From the NCBI GenBank assembly GCA_043819555.1, contig JBDREQ010000014.1:1-49755 (forward strand): a stretch of 49,755 nt of DNA. Direction: 5' to 3'. Source of the stretch: Candidatus Zixiibacteriota bacterium. GTDB lineage: Bacteria > Zixibacteria > MSB-5A5 > GN15 > JAAZOE01. A program made the position numbers and the translations under genes. The number at the start of each line of letters is the position of its first letter. Within the stretch, counting starts at the first letter, position 1. Below, piece by piece: positions 19,087-28,002 of this stretch. The notes under the pieces are model-generated. The model worked only from the letters and a program-made list of their open reading frames with translations, ran no database searches and had not been told where the DNA came from.

Positions 19087-20244
19087 TTACCAATCCACAG
19101 TAATGATGCGGGCATGCTTAAGGCCGTTGAAATTGGTTGCCGAAACGCTGCAGTAAGCTCCCATCGCAGGAAACATGAGAATATCTCCGAGTTCAAGGGG
19201 AGGCAACAGGCAATTGTCGTATACTATATCAAATGAATCGCAGGTCGGTCCGGCCAGGACCGCCCGTTCCCATTTTGTATTTCGATTGGTCAAAATTTGA
19301 TAAGAGCAGTGGTCATATAATCTGCCCGAGAAAGAACCATAAAGGCCATCATCAATATAATACCATATTTTGCCTTCTCGAACAGTTTTGCCAATGACTG
19401 ATGCAAAAAGAATCACAGAGTCACCGCAGATAAAACGGCCCGGTTCGCAGATTGTTTTTATGGTGGGATCTATATTTTCCTTAAGCGCTGTGATTATATT
19501 TCGCCCCATATCCTCAATAGCAGGAATATTGGCAGTATATTCAATTGGAAATCCGCCGCCGATATCGAGGACTTCGGAGTCAAATCCTCTCTCCCTTGCC
19601 ATTTTAATTAAATGTCCGGCGGTTTGAATAGACTTTACATAGAGCTCGGCTTCGGTGCATTGTGAGCCGACATGGAAGCAAAATCCTCTGAAAATCAACC
19701 CAAGATCTTTTATGCGGTCAAGCATACCCGGAATATCTGATAATTCAGTCCCAAATTTATAAGATAGATTGACGACTGAGGCGCCCGATTCGGTTTTGAA
19801 CCTAACCATGACTCCGGCTCTATCGCCATATTTGGAGAATTTATCGAGTTCTAGAAAATTGTCGGCAACGAAAGTCCTGACGCCGGCATTTACGGCGGCA
19901 TCAAATTCGGAAATCATCTTAATCGGGTTGGTGTGGATAGCGGAGCTTACCTGTCCGCCGTTTTTGACTACTTTATCAAGTTCGCTAATCGATGAGATGT
20001 CAAAACAGCATTTTTCATCAATCAATGTTCTCAGGATTGAATCATGATCGTTAGCCTTGACAGCGTAGTGGATGTCGATACCGGTCAAAGAATCGCGCAA
20101 TCGATTTATATTATAGCGAATGCGATCAGTCCTGAGAACCATAAAAGGAGTCTCAACCGATCTAAAAATCGGTCGGACGCGGCGCAGGTCGATCCCGCGC
20201 AGATATCTTGTCCCTGGTTTATTTCGAAGACTGATTGCTTTCAT
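19087..20244 (-). CDS. Type III (alanine-racemase fold) PLP decarboxylase, ornithine/lysine decarboxylase
   Basis: HYAVKAN, KFG, FHVGSQ, LDIGGGFP, EPGRF, DDGLYGSF, GPTCDSFD, MGAY; lies between speD and speE. Confidence 0.9.
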   Translation of the reverse strand: MKAISLRNKPGTRYLRGIDLRRVRPIFRSVETPFMVLRTDRIRYNINRLRDSLTGIDIHYAVKANDHDSILRTLIDEKCCFDISSISELDKVVKNGGQVSSAIHTNPIKMISEFDAAVNAGVRTFVADNFLELDKFSKYGDRAGVMVRFKTESGASVVNLSYKFGTELSDIPGMLDRIKDLGLIFRGFCFHVGSQCTEAELYVKSIQTAGHLIKMARERGFDSEVLDIGGGFPIEYTANIPAIEDMGRNIITALKENIDPTIKTICEPGRFICGDSVILFASVIGKTVREGKIWYYIDDGLYGSFSGRLYDHCSYQILTNRNTKWERAVLAGPTCDSFDIVYDNCLLPPLELGDILMFPAMGAYCSVSATNFNGLKHARIITVDW

Positions 20245-20261
20245 GAAAACATTTAGGGCCT

Positions 20262-20672
20262 TTAAGCCACTTTCATTTTAGAAGATTTTTCATCAGGCTT
20301 GAACGGAATTATTTCATCCTTATCGCTGGGAATTCCGCGGCTTATTTCCCGGGTGAACATATCTCCGCAGTTGAGTTTTTCTTTCAGATAGTGACATCCT
20401 TTCCAGGGATCAACGCGGTCGCCACAGGTAAAAAAGTCTGCGGCGATATATCCATATTCCGGCCATGTATGTATAGAGATATGCGATTCGGCGATAACGA
20501 TAACGCCTGAAAATCCATGGGGATTATAATCATGAAATACTGTCTGAACAATGGTTGCTCCCGATTCACGAGCCGCGTCTGTAAGAATTTTCTGCATTAA
20601 CTCGTGATCCGCCAAAATCCGCGAGTCGCAATCGGTAAATTCCGCCAGAATGTGCCGTCCCAGTTTTTTCAT
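20262..20672 (-). CDS. speD: S-adenosylmethionine decarboxylase proenzyme (class 1B, SpeH-type)
   Basis: [32 protein letters not shown]. Start 20672 is 8 nt after GGAGG. Confidence 0.95.
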   Translation of the reverse strand: MKKLGRHILAEFTDCDSRILADHELMQKILTDAARESGATIVQTVFHDYNPHGFSGVIVIAESHISIHTWPEYGYIAADFFTCGDRVDPWKGCHYLKEKLNCGDMFTREISRGIPSDKDEIIPFKPDEKSSKMKVA

Positions 20673-20701
20673 ATTCATATCCTCCAGCCTCGTTGGCAGG
20701 T

Positions 20702-21247
20702 TTACATCTGAGGCGGCGTCATCACCCATATAAAAGTAGAGGACACCTTGCCTTTGTTTATAATTTGGTGCTTTTTATGGGCTGAATAATAAAAGCACCC
20801 GCCCTTTTTGACACGATAAGTTCTTTTGCCATATATTATGGTAAGCTGCCCGGTTAGAACATATCCAAATTCTTCGCCGTAATGCGGTTCCTGCAATGCC
20901 AAAGATTGACCTTCATCCAGAGTTACCCGGATGGGATCCATGAGCATATTGGTTGAACCGGGGACGAGCATTTCAAATGATTCTCCTCCGCGATCGGGCA
21001 TGGAAACACGGTCATCACGACTGAAAGTGATTCGATCCTCTTCGTCCTCCTCGGCGAAAAATTCGCTGATAGTCAGACCCAAGGCATCAAGAATATCAAT
21101 CATCGAATCGAGTGAGATCGAAGTTTGATTATTCTCGATTTGCGAAATAAAACCTTTGGTCAGCTGGGCGCGGTCGGCGAGTTCCGCCTGGGTCAATTCC
21201 GCGGCCAGCCGCAGGTCCTTTATTTTCTGTCCAATTTCTATCTTCAT
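20702..21247 (-). CDS. XRE-HTH + cupin regulator (PuuR-like)
   Basis: [22 protein letters not shown]...[10 protein letters not shown]...WVMTPP; heads the polyamine operon. Confidence 0.88.
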   Translation of the reverse strand: MKIEIGQKIKDLRLAAELTQAELADRAQLTKGFISQIENNQTSISLDSMIDILDALGLTISEFFAEEDEEDRITFSRDDRVSMPDRGGESFEMLVPGSTNMLMDPIRVTLDEGQSLALQEPHYGEEFGYVLTGQLTIIYGKRTYRVKKGGCFYYSAHKKHQIINKGKVSSTFIWVMTPPQM

Positions 21248-21574
21248 CAGTTTATGATACAACCTCTGAAAGTTTAATAAAGCGTATCTATATAACACCG
21301 GAATCTATTAAAGTCAAGAATTGAAACAAAAATAAATCAATTTTTTATGAAAATATCGTAATCTTTCCGTAAATCGTTGATATTCATAAGTCTATGTTAA
21401 ATAACACCTAATGGCATATTTAATAATAATAATGTGTTCGATATATGATTCAAAAATGTAACAGTATATAAAACAATATCTTGCGAGAATTTTTACAGAT
21501 ATGTTCAGTTTTTAACTTTATTTTATCGTTTCCTGGGGACTTGAACCACTGAATATCTATTTCCGCTATTGGGG

Positions 21575-21603
21575 TTGACCATTTGAGGAGGTATGATTAT
21601 AAT
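21575..21603 (+). promoter_or_regulatory. Sigma70 promoter
   Basis: TTGACC-N17-TATAAT, followed by a GGAGGTG RBS. Confidence 0.75.
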
Positions 21604-21635
21604 ATCCCAAATTAGAGAATTCTTTGGAGGTGTGA

Positions 21636-22187
21636 ATGAAGCATATTGGCGCTATGGCTGCGATTGTTTTTGTACTGTTCGCGACGCCAATTTTGGCCGA
21701 TGAATTCGGAGCCGGAATATCGGCGGGGCCGCTTTATCCGGTATTGCAGCAGGATCAGGAATCCGGTTACACCATCGGTTTGAAAATTCGTAGTAAACTA
21801 ATCGGTCCGGTCTTTTTTGAGCCTAATTTAAGATTCGGGGGATTCGGTGATATATCAATCGCGGGAGTTGGCGGGCGAGAAGGTTCGAAAATTACGTTTT
21901 ATGGATTGGACATGACTCTTGGCGGTGGAAATGGCGGCGTGGGACCAAAACCGTATTTATTCATCGGTGGCGGCGTTTATAACGTCAAGCGTGAAGGCGA
22001 TGAAACCGGCAATAATTCGGGCTGGTCAACCGGAGTCGGCGTTGCCGTTGGACTCATGAAGTATCTTGATATTGATTTGAGAGGGCGATTTAATATTGTC
22101 AGCTCAGAAGGTTCGTCGTCAAGAAAATCCGCCGCGGTAACAATCGGAGTGGTTTATTTCTTCGGTAAGCAATATGGAGGTGAGTAG
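21636..22187 (+). CDS. Outer-membrane beta-barrel protein (8-strand OMP-like)
   Basis: Signal peptide; alternating beta-strand pattern (PYLFIGGGVY, GVGVAVG, VTIGVVYFF). Confidence 0.8.
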   Translation: MKHIGAMAAIVFVLFATPILADEFGAGISAGPLYPVLQQDQESGYTIGLKIRSKLIGPVFFEPNLRFGGFGDISIAGVGGREGSKITFYGLDMTLGGGNGGVGPKPYLFIGGGVYNVKREGDETGNNSGWSTGVGVAVGLMKYLDIDLRGRFNIVSSEGSSSRKSAAVTIGVVYFFGKQYGGE

Positions 22188-22188
22188 C

Positions 22189-22767
22189 ATGAAAAAGAAA
22201 ATTGATTTGATGCTGGCGGTATCGGCCATCGCCGGGCTTCTCATCTCCGGATGCATTCTGACCGCGACCGGAGTAGTGACGGTAAAACTGGTTCCTGATA
22301 AATACGGGCAGCCGTTGATTATTCAGGAGATTGGATATAGTGATAACGGTAAGATTTCGGTGAATCTATCCGATGATGAGGATTTTGAGGATTTAAAAGC
22401 GCATATCAGCAATATCGATAATCTCGGTTTTTATCTGGAAGTTACTAATAAGGAATTCTCTCCGGTGACGTTTCAGATTTTTATCGATAGTGATACGTCG
22501 GCCGATTATACCAATATTGATATGATTATCGATTCAACCGAATTGATTTTGACAGGATTGGAGATTCCGGCAGGGTCGCCGTTCAATACAAAAAAGACAA
22601 TTGTCAATTGGTCGCAGTCAATGGAATATATTACCGGTTTGACAGAAGTAAAATCGATTCTGGAAACGGGGGTGTTCAGTATTTATCCTCTGGCAATACC
22701 CCGCGATAATTTTAATCTGTCGATAGATTCTCTCGTGATTATTGTGACGTTGACGGGCAAGAAATAG
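22189..22767 (+). CDS. Putative lipoprotein, hypothetical
   Basis: MKKK plus hydrophobic stretch plus LISGC lipobox; GGAGGTG RBS before 22189. Confidence 0.75.
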   Translation: MKKKIDLMLAVSAIAGLLISGCILTATGVVTVKLVPDKYGQPLIIQEIGYSDNGKISVNLSDDEDFEDLKAHISNIDNLGFYLEVTNKEFSPVTFQIFIDSDTSADYTNIDMIIDSTELILTGLEIPAGSPFNTKKTIVNWSQSMEYITGLTEVKSILETGVFSIYPLAIPRDNFNLSIDSLVIIVTLTGKK

Positions 22768-22794
22768 GATTCACGCGCGCCATTGTAATTTTGG

Positions 22795-22826
22795 AAAAAC
22801 CCGGTTTTTTAGGCCGGGTTTTTTTT
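22795..22826. terminator. Bidirectional intrinsic terminator
   Basis: AAAAACCCGG...CCGGGTTTTTTTT between convergent genes. Confidence 0.85.
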
Positions 22827-22848
22827 GGATTGTGGTTCCTTTTAATTG

Positions 22849-24696
22849 TCAGTTGTAATTGTCGTATTCGTAGCAGATGGCCGGAGCGGGGCCCTGCTTA
22901 AAAACAAGATTGATTATAAAAATCGCATCACCGGCATTACAATAACCATCGCAATTGGCGTCGCCCATTAGCAAATGCGGTTGGGGTGCGGAACCGCTCT
23001 TAAAGACATAATTATTGATATAAACCGCATCGGAAACATTGACGCTGCCGTCGTTGTTGGCGTCGCCCCGGGAAACGGCAAGAAGAGCGCGCATGGTGTT
23101 AATCCTTCCCCATCCGAGAACATCGCTAATGCGGGCCGTATCTTCAGTGGCGGAATAAGGATTTTCGCAGGAATAACGAATTATATCGGCGATTGTTTCG
23201 ACATCGCCAATCAAATCCGGTCGGCGTTGCATAATAAGAGCGGCGGTAGCCGTTACCATCGGCGCGGCGGCGGATGTACCGTCAAAATGGCAAGTATAGT
23301 CTTTTGTATTGTCGCAGTCGTCGATCGCATTTTTTAATCCTGAGTAAGAAATCCCTTTGTTCCCCATGCGATCGGTTGTGCGAATCCTATCTCCATAAGC
23401 TAAGACATCCAAATCCGGACCGCCCTGTGAAAAGGATGCAATGGTATCTCCAATGCCTAACCCTCCTACCGAAAAGCAGTAATCAAGACTGGCAGGGAAA
23501 CATAATTCGTCGCAGGCTGCGGCACTGTCGTCGCACCAATTTCCAGATCCCGCTACAATAAAGACGCTGTCGTTTAAATATGCGCTTCCAAGCGCGGTTT
23601 CAATCGTCCTGCAAAAATTAGATGTTTCATTATAGGGCCATAGTCCCCAGCATATATTTATTATGGCAGCTCCAGAATCAGCTGCATCACTGATAGCTAG
23701 AGCGATATCTGCCGCAGAAGCAAAATCTGATGACGAGTATGGCGAATAGGTGTTTATCATTTGCTGTCCCAAAATTCTCACCGAATTCTGATCGGCTATG
23801 GAAGCAACGCCGATGGAATTATTTGTTAATGCCTTAATTATTCCGACGATTGCCATTCCGTGATAACAATAATTACAATCTTCGGGGGGAGCCTCATTAT
23901 CGTTCGGTGGCGGGTCAAATTCGCTGCCAATGTAATCTTTACCATCCGCCCAACATGAATCGGATAAATCCTCATGACTCTCAAAACCATCATCAAGAAT
24001 CGCAATTAGGATTGAATCATCTACATTGATTGTTAAATCCCATGCCAGCGGCATATCCAGGCTGTCGAGCGAGTACTGGCCAGAATAGAAATAATCGTCG
24101 GGCGTCATTAAGGGTTCAAACGGCAGGTGAAAATCGGGATAGGCGGCTTCGGTTAAATTTATTGTGGAAATTGCATTAGCCAGGGTTGTTGGGTTATAAT
24201 CCTTGCCGTCTTTTAATTCAATTATCTTAAACCAGGCATCTCCATAATTGGCATTTCTTTTATCGGCCAAATCATATTGAAGCAATGCATTATCTATAGC
24301 GTCGTCATTTGAGGGATGGTATTCGATGATCGTACGGCTGGTCATGTACATCTTTTTATCGTCATGATAAATATAAACCGGATTGACAAAGTCAAAGCGG
24401 TCATCAGTCAGCATTAAGGGAAGTATTGTATCGGGGAGAACGTAGTTTTCGAGGGCTAACTTATAAAATCCATCTGAAAAATGCTTAGGCGATACTTGAG
24501 AAGATAAGAAAGGGTATTCAATAAAAATATCATCCCAGTTAATAGTCTTTATATCGGCTGGTTTAACCAATATTTCGTCTCTAGCTACGGTAAGAGATGC
24601 GGATGGATTTGAACTGTTAATTTGATTATGCTGTTCAGAATAAATATTACTACACAGCGAAAATAGTATTAATACAAATATCATTTGCGATTTCAT
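22849..24696 (-). CDS. Secreted S8 (subtilisin-like) serine peptidase with C-terminal dockerin-like domain
   Basis: Signal peptide; triad ILDDG / YHG / GTSAAAP; oxyanion GSGN; duplicated GDANNDGSVNVSDAVY and GDANCDGYCNAGDAIF. Confidence 0.92.
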   Translation of the reverse strand: MKSQMIFVLILFSLCSNIYSEQHNQINSSNPSASLTVARDEILVKPADIKTINWDDIFIEYPFLSSQVSPKHFSDGFYKLALENYVLPDTILPLMLTDDRFDFVNPVYIYHDDKKMYMTSRTIIEYHPSNDDAIDNALLQYDLADKRNANYGDAWFKIIELKDGKDYNPTTLANAISTINLTEAAYPDFHLPFEPLMTPDDYFYSGQYSLDSLDMPLAWDLTINVDDSILIAILDDGFESHEDLSDSCWADGKDYIGSEFDPPPNDNEAPPEDCNYCYHGMAIVGIIKALTNNSIGVASIADQNSVRILGQQMINTYSPYSSSDFASAADIALAISDAADSGAAIINICWGLWPYNETSNFCRTIETALGSAYLNDSVFIVAGSGNWCDDSAAACDELCFPASLDYCFSVGGLGIGDTIASFSQGGPDLDVLAYGDRIRTTDRMGNKGISYSGLKNAIDDCDNTKDYTCHFDGTSAAAPMVTATAALIMQRRPDLIGDVETIADIIRYSCENPYSATEDTARISDVLGWGRINTMRALLAVSRGDANNDGSVNVSDAVYINNYVFKSGSAPQPHLLMGDANCDGYCNAGDAIFIINLVFKQGPAPAICYEYDNYN

Positions 24697-24723
24697 AAAA
24701 TTCTCCTTTGATTAAAATGATTA

Positions 24724-25815
24724 TTAGTTTCGATTTAAATCAAGAGGATTAATGGCCAGAGATCCTCCTGATATATCACCTTTTTCGTGGGGAATGCTTA
24801 ACTCCAAGAGGGGAAGCTGATATTTCAATAATATTCCAGCGGTAACATATAAAAGTGAATTATCTGGTGAAAGAGCAATATGTCCGGGGAAATAATAATT
24901 TTCATTTTCGCCAAATATTGAGACTATATGCTCTTCGGATAATGACAGCGAATAAAGCGCACCTTTTTTTTGTGTCCCGGGTCCCGTGTCAAATGGATTT
25001 CCAGGAGAAAAAAAGAAAATCTGATTGTTATTTGAAGGATTAATGATAGGGTATGAGTACCAAAAGTTATGGTATGGTATAGAAATTATATCTATTACAT
25101 CAAGGCTGTCCGTTGAAGCGATTACCAGATAATTGGCATTGTGATTATAATTGGTCAAAAGTATAAGACTATCGCCTGACAAGCTCGAGCCGACAGATTC
25201 AATTTCCAAAGGCAGTCCATTATCTGTTTTTAAATGTAATGCGTAGGTGCTTACCGGAGAATTATTGAAATCTATAAAACAAAGGCTATCGGAAATAATT
25301 GGACAATAGCAGGCCAGATTACGGTTGGGAATTATTAATCCCCCAAGATTTTTTACTTGTGCCTCATATATAAAATTCAATTCGGGGGATGAAAAAAGAG
25401 TAAGATGATATCCGCTTACAAGAAGATAATTATTATCTGTCGATAGGCTCAGCCGCCTTCCGCAACGTCCGGAATAAGCCGCTATTGTATCTTTGGTTTT
25501 CCAGTCTATGACCCAGGTCATAGCTTCATCATAAACCTCCGGCAAATGAGTAAGAAAGAGAGTACTGCCGTCGCCTGAAAAACACATGGCATGAACTTCC
25601 GTTTTTACCGGAATACTATCATAGATTGAATCATTCATTGATGATAAAACCGGAAGATGAAATCCCGGCGGCTGCAAATTGCCATCCCACAATGTTCCAA
25701 AGACGATTTGATAATCATGTTGAGCCGGTTCAGGACTTGTCGATTTATCTTTGCCGCATCCCCAAAGCAGGAATACCAGGCATCCCAGACTTAGAAAAAG
25801 TATAAAATACTTCAT
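24724..25815 (-). CDS. Putative lipoprotein, probable beta-propeller
   Basis: LWGC lipobox; repeats FSGDGSTLFL, LSTDNNYLLV and LSPDNSLLYV typical of propeller blades. Confidence 0.75.
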   Translation of the reverse strand: MKYFILFLSLGCLVFLLWGCGKDKSTSPEPAQHDYQIVFGTLWDGNLQPPGFHLPVLSSMNDSIYDSIPVKTEVHAMCFSGDGSTLFLTHLPEVYDEAMTWVIDWKTKDTIAAYSGRCGRRLSLSTDNNYLLVSGYHLTLFSSPELNFIYEAQVKNLGGLIIPNRNLACYCPIISDSLCFIDFNNSPVSTYALHLKTDNGLPLEIESVGSSLSGDSLILLTNYNHNANYLVIASTDSLDVIDIISIPYHNFWYSYPIINPSNNNQIFFFSPGNPFDTGPGTQKKGALYSLSLSEEHIVSIFGENENYYFPGHIALSPDNSLLYVTAGILLKYQLPLLELSIPHEKGDISGGSLAINPLDLNRN

Positions 25816-26056
25816 TGTTCCCCCGAAGTGTTAAAGTAATAATCAATTTAGTTTAATTGATGCTGAATTAAAATAGTAAATAATGGTTAAAAGTCAAGGA
25901 TAATATATTGCGATAATGGTATTATTAATATGTTGAGAATTTGGCGGATTATCGGATTATTCTTACCCGGAGGGTTGTTGGTAATTAAAAATGTTGAAAA
26001 AGCTCAAAAGTTGGCGTATTATCATTTTATAAATTGATTTATCGGGAGAATATAAA

Positions 26057-27448
26057 ATGTACGATATAGCTATTATCGGTTCGGGGCCGGGTGGATATAC
26101 GGCCGGAATTAGAGCCGCACTCAAAGGCGCAAAGGTTGCCGTTATCGAAGAGGATAAACTGGGCGGAGTGTGCCTTAACCGGGGATGTATTCCGTCCAAG
26201 TCATTGATTGCCGGAGCGAATCTCTATCAAAAAATGAAGCATGCCAATTCGTTTGGGATTACACTGGATTCACCGCCGCGGCCGGATTGGCCGGCGATGC
26301 AGGCCAGGAAAGATAAGATTGTATCCGGCCTGGTGGGCGGTATCGGGACGCTGTTTAAAAGTTATGGCGTTGAGCATTACAACGGTTTTGGGCGGCTGGT
26401 TTCAAAAAACAAAATTCATGTTGACCTGTCCGATGAAACCGAAACCGAAATCGAGGCGAAAAATATAATTATTGCCACCGGTTCGCGGCCGGCCATAATC
26501 CCTGCTTTTCCCATTGACGGTACGAATGTTTTATCTTCCGACCACTTATTAGAGATGGAATCATTACCCGAATCTATGCTGATTATCGGAGCGGGTGTGA
26601 TCGGATGTGAATGGGCGTTTATGCTGGCCCAGCTTGATGTGAAAGTCGAGATGGTGGAGATGATGCCGCAGGCCTTGCCCCTCGAAGATGAGATGATATC
26701 GAAAACGATTGAACGAGAATTAAAGAAATTGAAAGTCAAGCTGTATACCAATGTTAAAGTTGAGCATCTGGAAATATCGGATAATAGACTAATCAATGCT
26801 GTCTTGACCGACCACAAAAAACTGGAATCGGAAAAGGTTTTGGTCTCGATTGGACGGGCATTTAATACTCAGGATATCGGACTTGAGGAGGCTGGCGTCA
26901 AGTTGAATGACAATGGTTCGATAAAAGTCAGCGCGATGATGCAAACAAGTCGGAAAAATATATATGCCATTGGAGATGTGGCCGGAAAAGTACTTTTGGC
27001 CTATACGGCTGTTGCTGAAGGAGCGGTAGCGGTTGATAATTGCATGGGGGGATCGGTCAGGGCCGATTATAATACTTTTCCCTCGGTGATATTTACTCAG
27101 CCGGAAGCGGCATCGGTGGGATTGACCGAAGAGCAGGCCTCAAAAAAGTGTGAGATTGCGATAGGTTCATTTCCGATGCGAGGGTTGGGGAAGGCTCATG
27201 CCGAAGGTGAAGTTGCAGGCGAAGTCAAAGTTATCGGCGATAAAAAAACGGATAAAATTCTCGGAATTCATATTGTCGGTCCGCATGCTACCGAAGTTAT
27301 ACATACGGCAGTGTTGGCGATAAAGAAGAAATTGACCGTTTCCGATCTCGGCTCGATGATATTTGCGCATCCGGTAATTTCGGAATCGGTCATGGAAGCA
27401 TGCCACAATCTTCATCAGATGTCGGTTCATTTGCCAGGTCAGAAATAA
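26057..27448 (+). CDS. lpdA: Dihydrolipoyl dehydrogenase
   Basis: IGSGPGGY, GGVCLNRGCIPSK, IGAGVIG, HPVISE. Confidence 0.96.
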   Translation: MYDIAIIGSGPGGYTAGIRAALKGAKVAVIEEDKLGGVCLNRGCIPSKSLIAGANLYQKMKHANSFGITLDSPPRPDWPAMQARKDKIVSGLVGGIGTLFKSYGVEHYNGFGRLVSKNKIHVDLSDETETEIEAKNIIIATGSRPAIIPAFPIDGTNVLSSDHLLEMESLPESMLIIGAGVIGCEWAFMLAQLDVKVEMVEMMPQALPLEDEMISKTIERELKKLKVKLYTNVKVEHLEISDNRLINAVLTDHKKLESEKVLVSIGRAFNTQDIGLEEAGVKLNDNGSIKVSAMMQTSRKNIYAIGDVAGKVLLAYTAVAEGAVAVDNCMGGSVRADYNTFPSVIFTQPEAASVGLTEEQASKKCEIAIGSFPMRGLGKAHAEGEVAGEVKVIGDKKTDKILGIHIVGPHATEVIHTAVLAIKKKLTVSDLGSMIFAHPVISESVMEACHNLHQMSVHLPGQK

Positions 27449-27715
27449 ATATTTTGTCAAATGCTGCAAAAAGAGTGCATTCTTCGCATATTCTGCGCGA
27501 ATATAAATGAAAATGAAAAAAACCTGCAAAAACTGCTCATTGATTCTAAGTCGTTAATTGTCAATTATTATTGGGCGAATCATCAGTATGCGTTCACATA
27601 TCTTTCGCATAATATGCGTTATTTAAAACTGTCCATAATCTGTAATTATTTAGTTTTTGTTTTATCTTGATTCCTGCGTGTGAGTTATCCGTTTGTATGC
27701 ATATAATTGTTTTGC

Positions 27716-27731
27716 CGGCATGAATGTTGTT
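27716..27731 (+). promoter_or_regulatory. Putative sigma54 (-24/-12) promoter
   Basis: CGGCATG-AATG-TTGT versus consensus TGGCAYR-N4-TTGC (GG at 27717-27718; GT in place of GC at 27729-27730). NtrC-like TGCA-N7-TGCA upstream at 27465-27479. Confidence 0.55.
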
Positions 27732-27741
27732 ACTGTAATGT

Positions 27742-27908
27742 GTGAAGTTAGTTACTCTGTATGGCGGTGAAGGGTACTAATGAGGTGGGGATGAGGAGTT
27801 TCTTTGTGAGGGAGAAACTCCTCGTTGTTTGAAAATGGTTTTCAGTCTTAATAAATGAACTGAGGTGGGAGAAGAGGAGTTCTTTTCGGAACTCCTCTTT
27901 CTGTATTT
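27742..27908 (+). ncRNA. Candidate tandem small-RNA pair (two hairpin-GAGGTGGG-hairpin units)
   Basis: TGAGGTGGG at 27781 and 27861. Each is followed by a GAGGAGTT...AACTCCTC stem with a T-rich tail and preceded by a 5' hairpin. No credible ORF. Confidence 0.5.
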
Positions 27909-28002
27909 GCCTTAGCATAAAAAATTTAACAATAAAACCATTTGTACGTTATATTATTAAAGATTAAACAGATATCATAATCAGTGGGTGACAATATTTG
28001 GC

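Noticed and set aside
27461..27670. 69-aa ORF after lpdA
   Set aside because: No RBS or recognisable motif; AT-rich DNA that better fits a regulatory region.
27781..27902. CRISPR array interpretation of the repeated GAGGAGTT...AACTCCTC units
   Set aside because: Only two units, with variable repeat interiors, no spacer pattern and no cas genes.
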